Shown here: piece after piece, positions 29,683 through 32,000 of the stretch | Position numbering within the stretch: the first letter of the stretch is position 1 | How the letters are laid out: the number at the start of each line of letters is the position of its first letter | Source: Trichodesmium erythraeum IMS101 | GTDB taxonomy: Bacteria > Cyanobacteriota > Cyanobacteriia > Cyanobacteriales > Microcoleaceae | Direction of reading: 5' to 3' | DNA length: 32,000 nucleotides | NCBI RefSeq assembly: GCF_000014265.1 | Contig: NC_008312.1 | Span: 5,760,001 to 5,792,000 of the forward strand | Notes under the pieces: generated by a model | What the model was told of the DNA's origin: nothing | What the model saw: the letters and a program-made list of their open reading frames with translations, nothing else | Databases searched by the model: none | Made by a program: the position numbers and the translations under genes

Positions 29683-30519
29683 TTAATTTGACTGAATTTT
29701 AATTGCTTTAAATTTATTAGGTAACTGAATTAAAGGAGAGTCTGGATTTTTAAGATTGATATAGGCCATTTGGCGAACATCAATTTTATTAGGTAATTCT
29801 CGCATCCGGTCTAGGACATTTAATTGTTCACTAAATCTAGAGCTGTATGGTCCGAGATGTACTATTCCTAATTCAGTTGTCAAAATTAAATTTCCTGGAT
29901 CTTGCCAATTAATCTCAAATACTTTAACAGGGCTACGACTTAAACTTTGGTATAGAGAATGCCAATATTGACGATACTGTCCAGTAAAACCAATTACTTT
30001 TAGAGTAGGTAAAGATCCTGTTCTTTCAAGAGCAGAAAAGCTCTCAAGAGGTATCCAGTTTCCATGAGTATCTAACCACCCCATTTTTTGTGAGTTATTA
30101 ATACCTACCTGATTTTTGAATTGAGTAATTGCAACAGGACGTCTTTCTATAATCTTAATATTTAAACTTGGGGGAAATAAACGACGGCTAATTCTTGCCT
30201 TAGCAATTGGACTCTGTGACTCTAAATTCTGAGCTAATATTTGTGTTTTAATTACCCAAAGAGACTGAGGATAATCTAAAGAAATTAGAGACAATATTGC
30301 TCGGTCTGAAAGCAATTGATTACCTTCTACGGTTAATTGCTCTTGTTTAGTTATTAGCCAAATTGGTTGAGTAATTGCCCAAAGTAAAGCTGCACCTAAA
30401 CCACCAACTGCTAGTACTTGCCATACTATAACTAATAACTTTAAACGTCGTTGAAGCCGTAATTTTTGTCTACGACTTACTAAATCTGATTCAGAAACTG
30501 ATCCAATATTATTAGCCAT
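29683..30519 (-). CDS. ftsQ: Cell division protein FtsQ/DivIB-like (POTRA domain)
   Basis: 278-aa ORF with a basic N-terminus, a single TM segment (LLVIVWQVLAVGGLGAALLWAI) and a POTRA-like region (VEGNQLLSDRAILSLI...). It lies immediately upstream of ftsZ, as is usual in cyanobacteria. Confidence 0.85.
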   Translation of the reverse strand: MANNIGSVSESDLVSRRQKLRLQRRLKLLVIVWQVLAVGGLGAALLWAITQPIWLITKQEQLTVEGNQLLSDRAILSLISLDYPQSLWVIKTQILAQNLESQSPIAKARISRRLFPPSLNIKIIERRPVAITQFKNQVGINNSQKMGWLDTHGNWIPLESFSALERTGSLPTLKVIGFTGQYRQYWHSLYQSLSRSPVKVFEINWQDPGNLILTTELGIVHLGPYSSRFSEQLNVLDRMRELPNKIDVRQMAYINLKNPDSPLIQLPNKFKAIKIQSN

Positions 30520-31028
30520 TTACTTAGAAGATATCTATAAAATAAATATTAAAGGGATACTCAAAGGCTACATTTTTTGGTTCACACCAACCATAGCAGC
30601 TTACTATCAAGTTTAACTATTAATTTACCCCTAGCCCACTCTAATAGAATGTTTCATCTAAAATGGTGTGTGGTGAAAGATTTTTAAATACATTTCACAG
30701 CTTAAATTTTAGCTGTCAATACTCAGGATACAAGTTTGACACTAAGCTCTAGTGTTGGTCCACTAGAAGAATAAATCGTTTTAGCTATCTCTGTTTACTA
30801 AACTATATTAATTTAAACCTCACTGAGAGCTGATGGCTAACAATAGCAAACTCTAAAAAAGTAGTTGTTAAATTCAGTATAAATGTTTCATAACTCCCAT
30901 CAATTAGAGCTTACTGAAAAAATACTTTGGTAAAGGCACAGAATAGGTAATATTATGTCCAATTGAATCTTTAGACTTTAAATTTAATCTTTGTACTTTA
31001 TATTAAGTAGCTCGGAATATTTGTTAAA

Positions 31029-31961
31029 TATAGTCTATTTAACTTAAGAATGAAACAAAAAGAGTGTAAGATTGAACAGAGAAGATATGGGAGTATAAAT
31101 CATAGCTTATAGTTTAGATTTAAGACAAAAAGTAATAGTAATAATAGAACATAGCGGTAGAGTCACCAAAGCGACGTAAGTGTTTGGAATAGGAATAGCG
31201 TCAATGTACAGATGGCTTGAGAGAAAGGAGCTGTCAGCAACAAAGGTAAAATATATCTAGCATTCGCTAGATATAAGAGAATTGTCAATAAATTGACAAG
31301 AAAATCCAGAAACTAGATTAAAACAGAAAGCTGAAAAATACTGCAATTTTTAAGGCTATCAAAAAAATGAAAATAGCCAGAAAAAAAAGAAGTACGTTAT
31401 TGCACAAAGTAGTAGATAATAATGGATAAAATATTATGATGATTTACCGAAATTAATCAAAATATATGGGGTTACAAGTTTAGTATTGGTTTTGGAGTTA
31501 GGACTTGAATAATTTCTAAATTGTATTTATGTGTGGTAAAAAAGGGGGAAAAATTTATGGAGATAGGCAAGGAAAGAGGAGAAAAAGAGAAAACTTAGTC
31601 CCTGGTAGAAGAAAAGGAAAAAAAGATTTAATTCCACCAATGATATTCACAGAAAGTTTGAATACAGAAGATTTTGAAGGCTGGTTATCAATATATTTAT
31701 TACCATCATTAACCATCACATCAGTTTTGATTATGGATAATGCACCAATTCATCGAAAAACAGTGATTAAACAAATAGTTGAAGATGGAGGTTATCAGGT
31801 CATATTCCTCCCTAAGTATTCTCCTGATTTGAATAATATTGAACATAATTTTAGTGCCTTAAAGAGAGCCAGAATTTATGCTCATTCAAATACACCCTTA
31901 GATGAAATCATCCGTGATTATTGTGTAGTTTAATGTCTCATTCTTAAGTTAAATAACTATA
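31029..31961 (+). mobile_element. Degenerate IS630-family insertion sequence (about 933 bp) with preserved terminal inverted repeats
   Basis: The left end TATAGTCTATTTAACTTAAGAATGAAAC (31029-31056) compares with the reverse complement of the right end TATAGTTATTTAACTTAAGAATGAGAC (31935-31961). They differ by one indel and one mismatch. Confidence 0.8.
31087..31933 (+). pseudogene. IS630-family transposase pseudogene (only the C-terminal DDE part remains open)
   Basis: The N-terminal part reads MGV*IIAYSLDLRQKVIVIIEHSGRVTKAT*VFGIGIASMYRWLERKEL... with stops and frameshifts. The ORF at 31529-31933 retains VLIMDNAPIHRK ... FLPKYSPDLNNIEHNFSALKR. Confidence 0.75.
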
Positions 31962-32000
31962 AGTTAGAGACATTACATAGAACATTTGTAAGAAAGACTT

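Overview
AT-rich (roughly one-third GC by eye) cyanobacterial chromosomal segment. The HIP1 octamer GCGATCGC occurs at least 9 times (3150, 5841, 7142, 14044, 14489, 16041, 16596, 18488, 27488). With cyanobacterial-type ftsH and ftsQ-ftsZ, low coding density, IS debris and long tandem repeats, it resembles a Trichodesmium-like filamentous cyanobacterium (taxon is inference). Intact genes: a glycan-modification pair at the left edge (a GT2-like/methyltransferase/GT4-like fusion and a methyltransferase-TPR-FkbM protein), ftsH, an HMGL-type synthase with a cupin-like tail, a large polytopic membrane protein, one intact IS630 transposase, an orphan dndE-like gene, and thiD-ftsZ-ftsQ. By my count, less than half of the window is intact coding sequence. 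The rest is (i) pseudogenes: frameshifted RTX protein, SDR, AbrB-type fragment, TnpB, IS630 x2, IS5/IS427, IS1-like, IS701-like and an adenylation-domain scrap; and (ii) structured non-coding DNA. The most notable non-coding features are: a 430-bp unit amplified 5x inside a T-rich gene-free element (7.2-10.2 kb) that has a diverged single-unit paralog at 17.55-18.7 kb, both framed by an inverted TAGACATCTCCAAAA-like 15-mer; a 73-bp x ~8 array carrying a perfect 18-bp palindrome per unit; and a 230-bp MITE-like element present twice, each copy with its own flanking direct repeat. I found no rRNA, tRNA, CRISPR array or complete defence operon. The candidate novelties are the non-coding repeat systems and the orphan dndE, not a clear multi-gene system.
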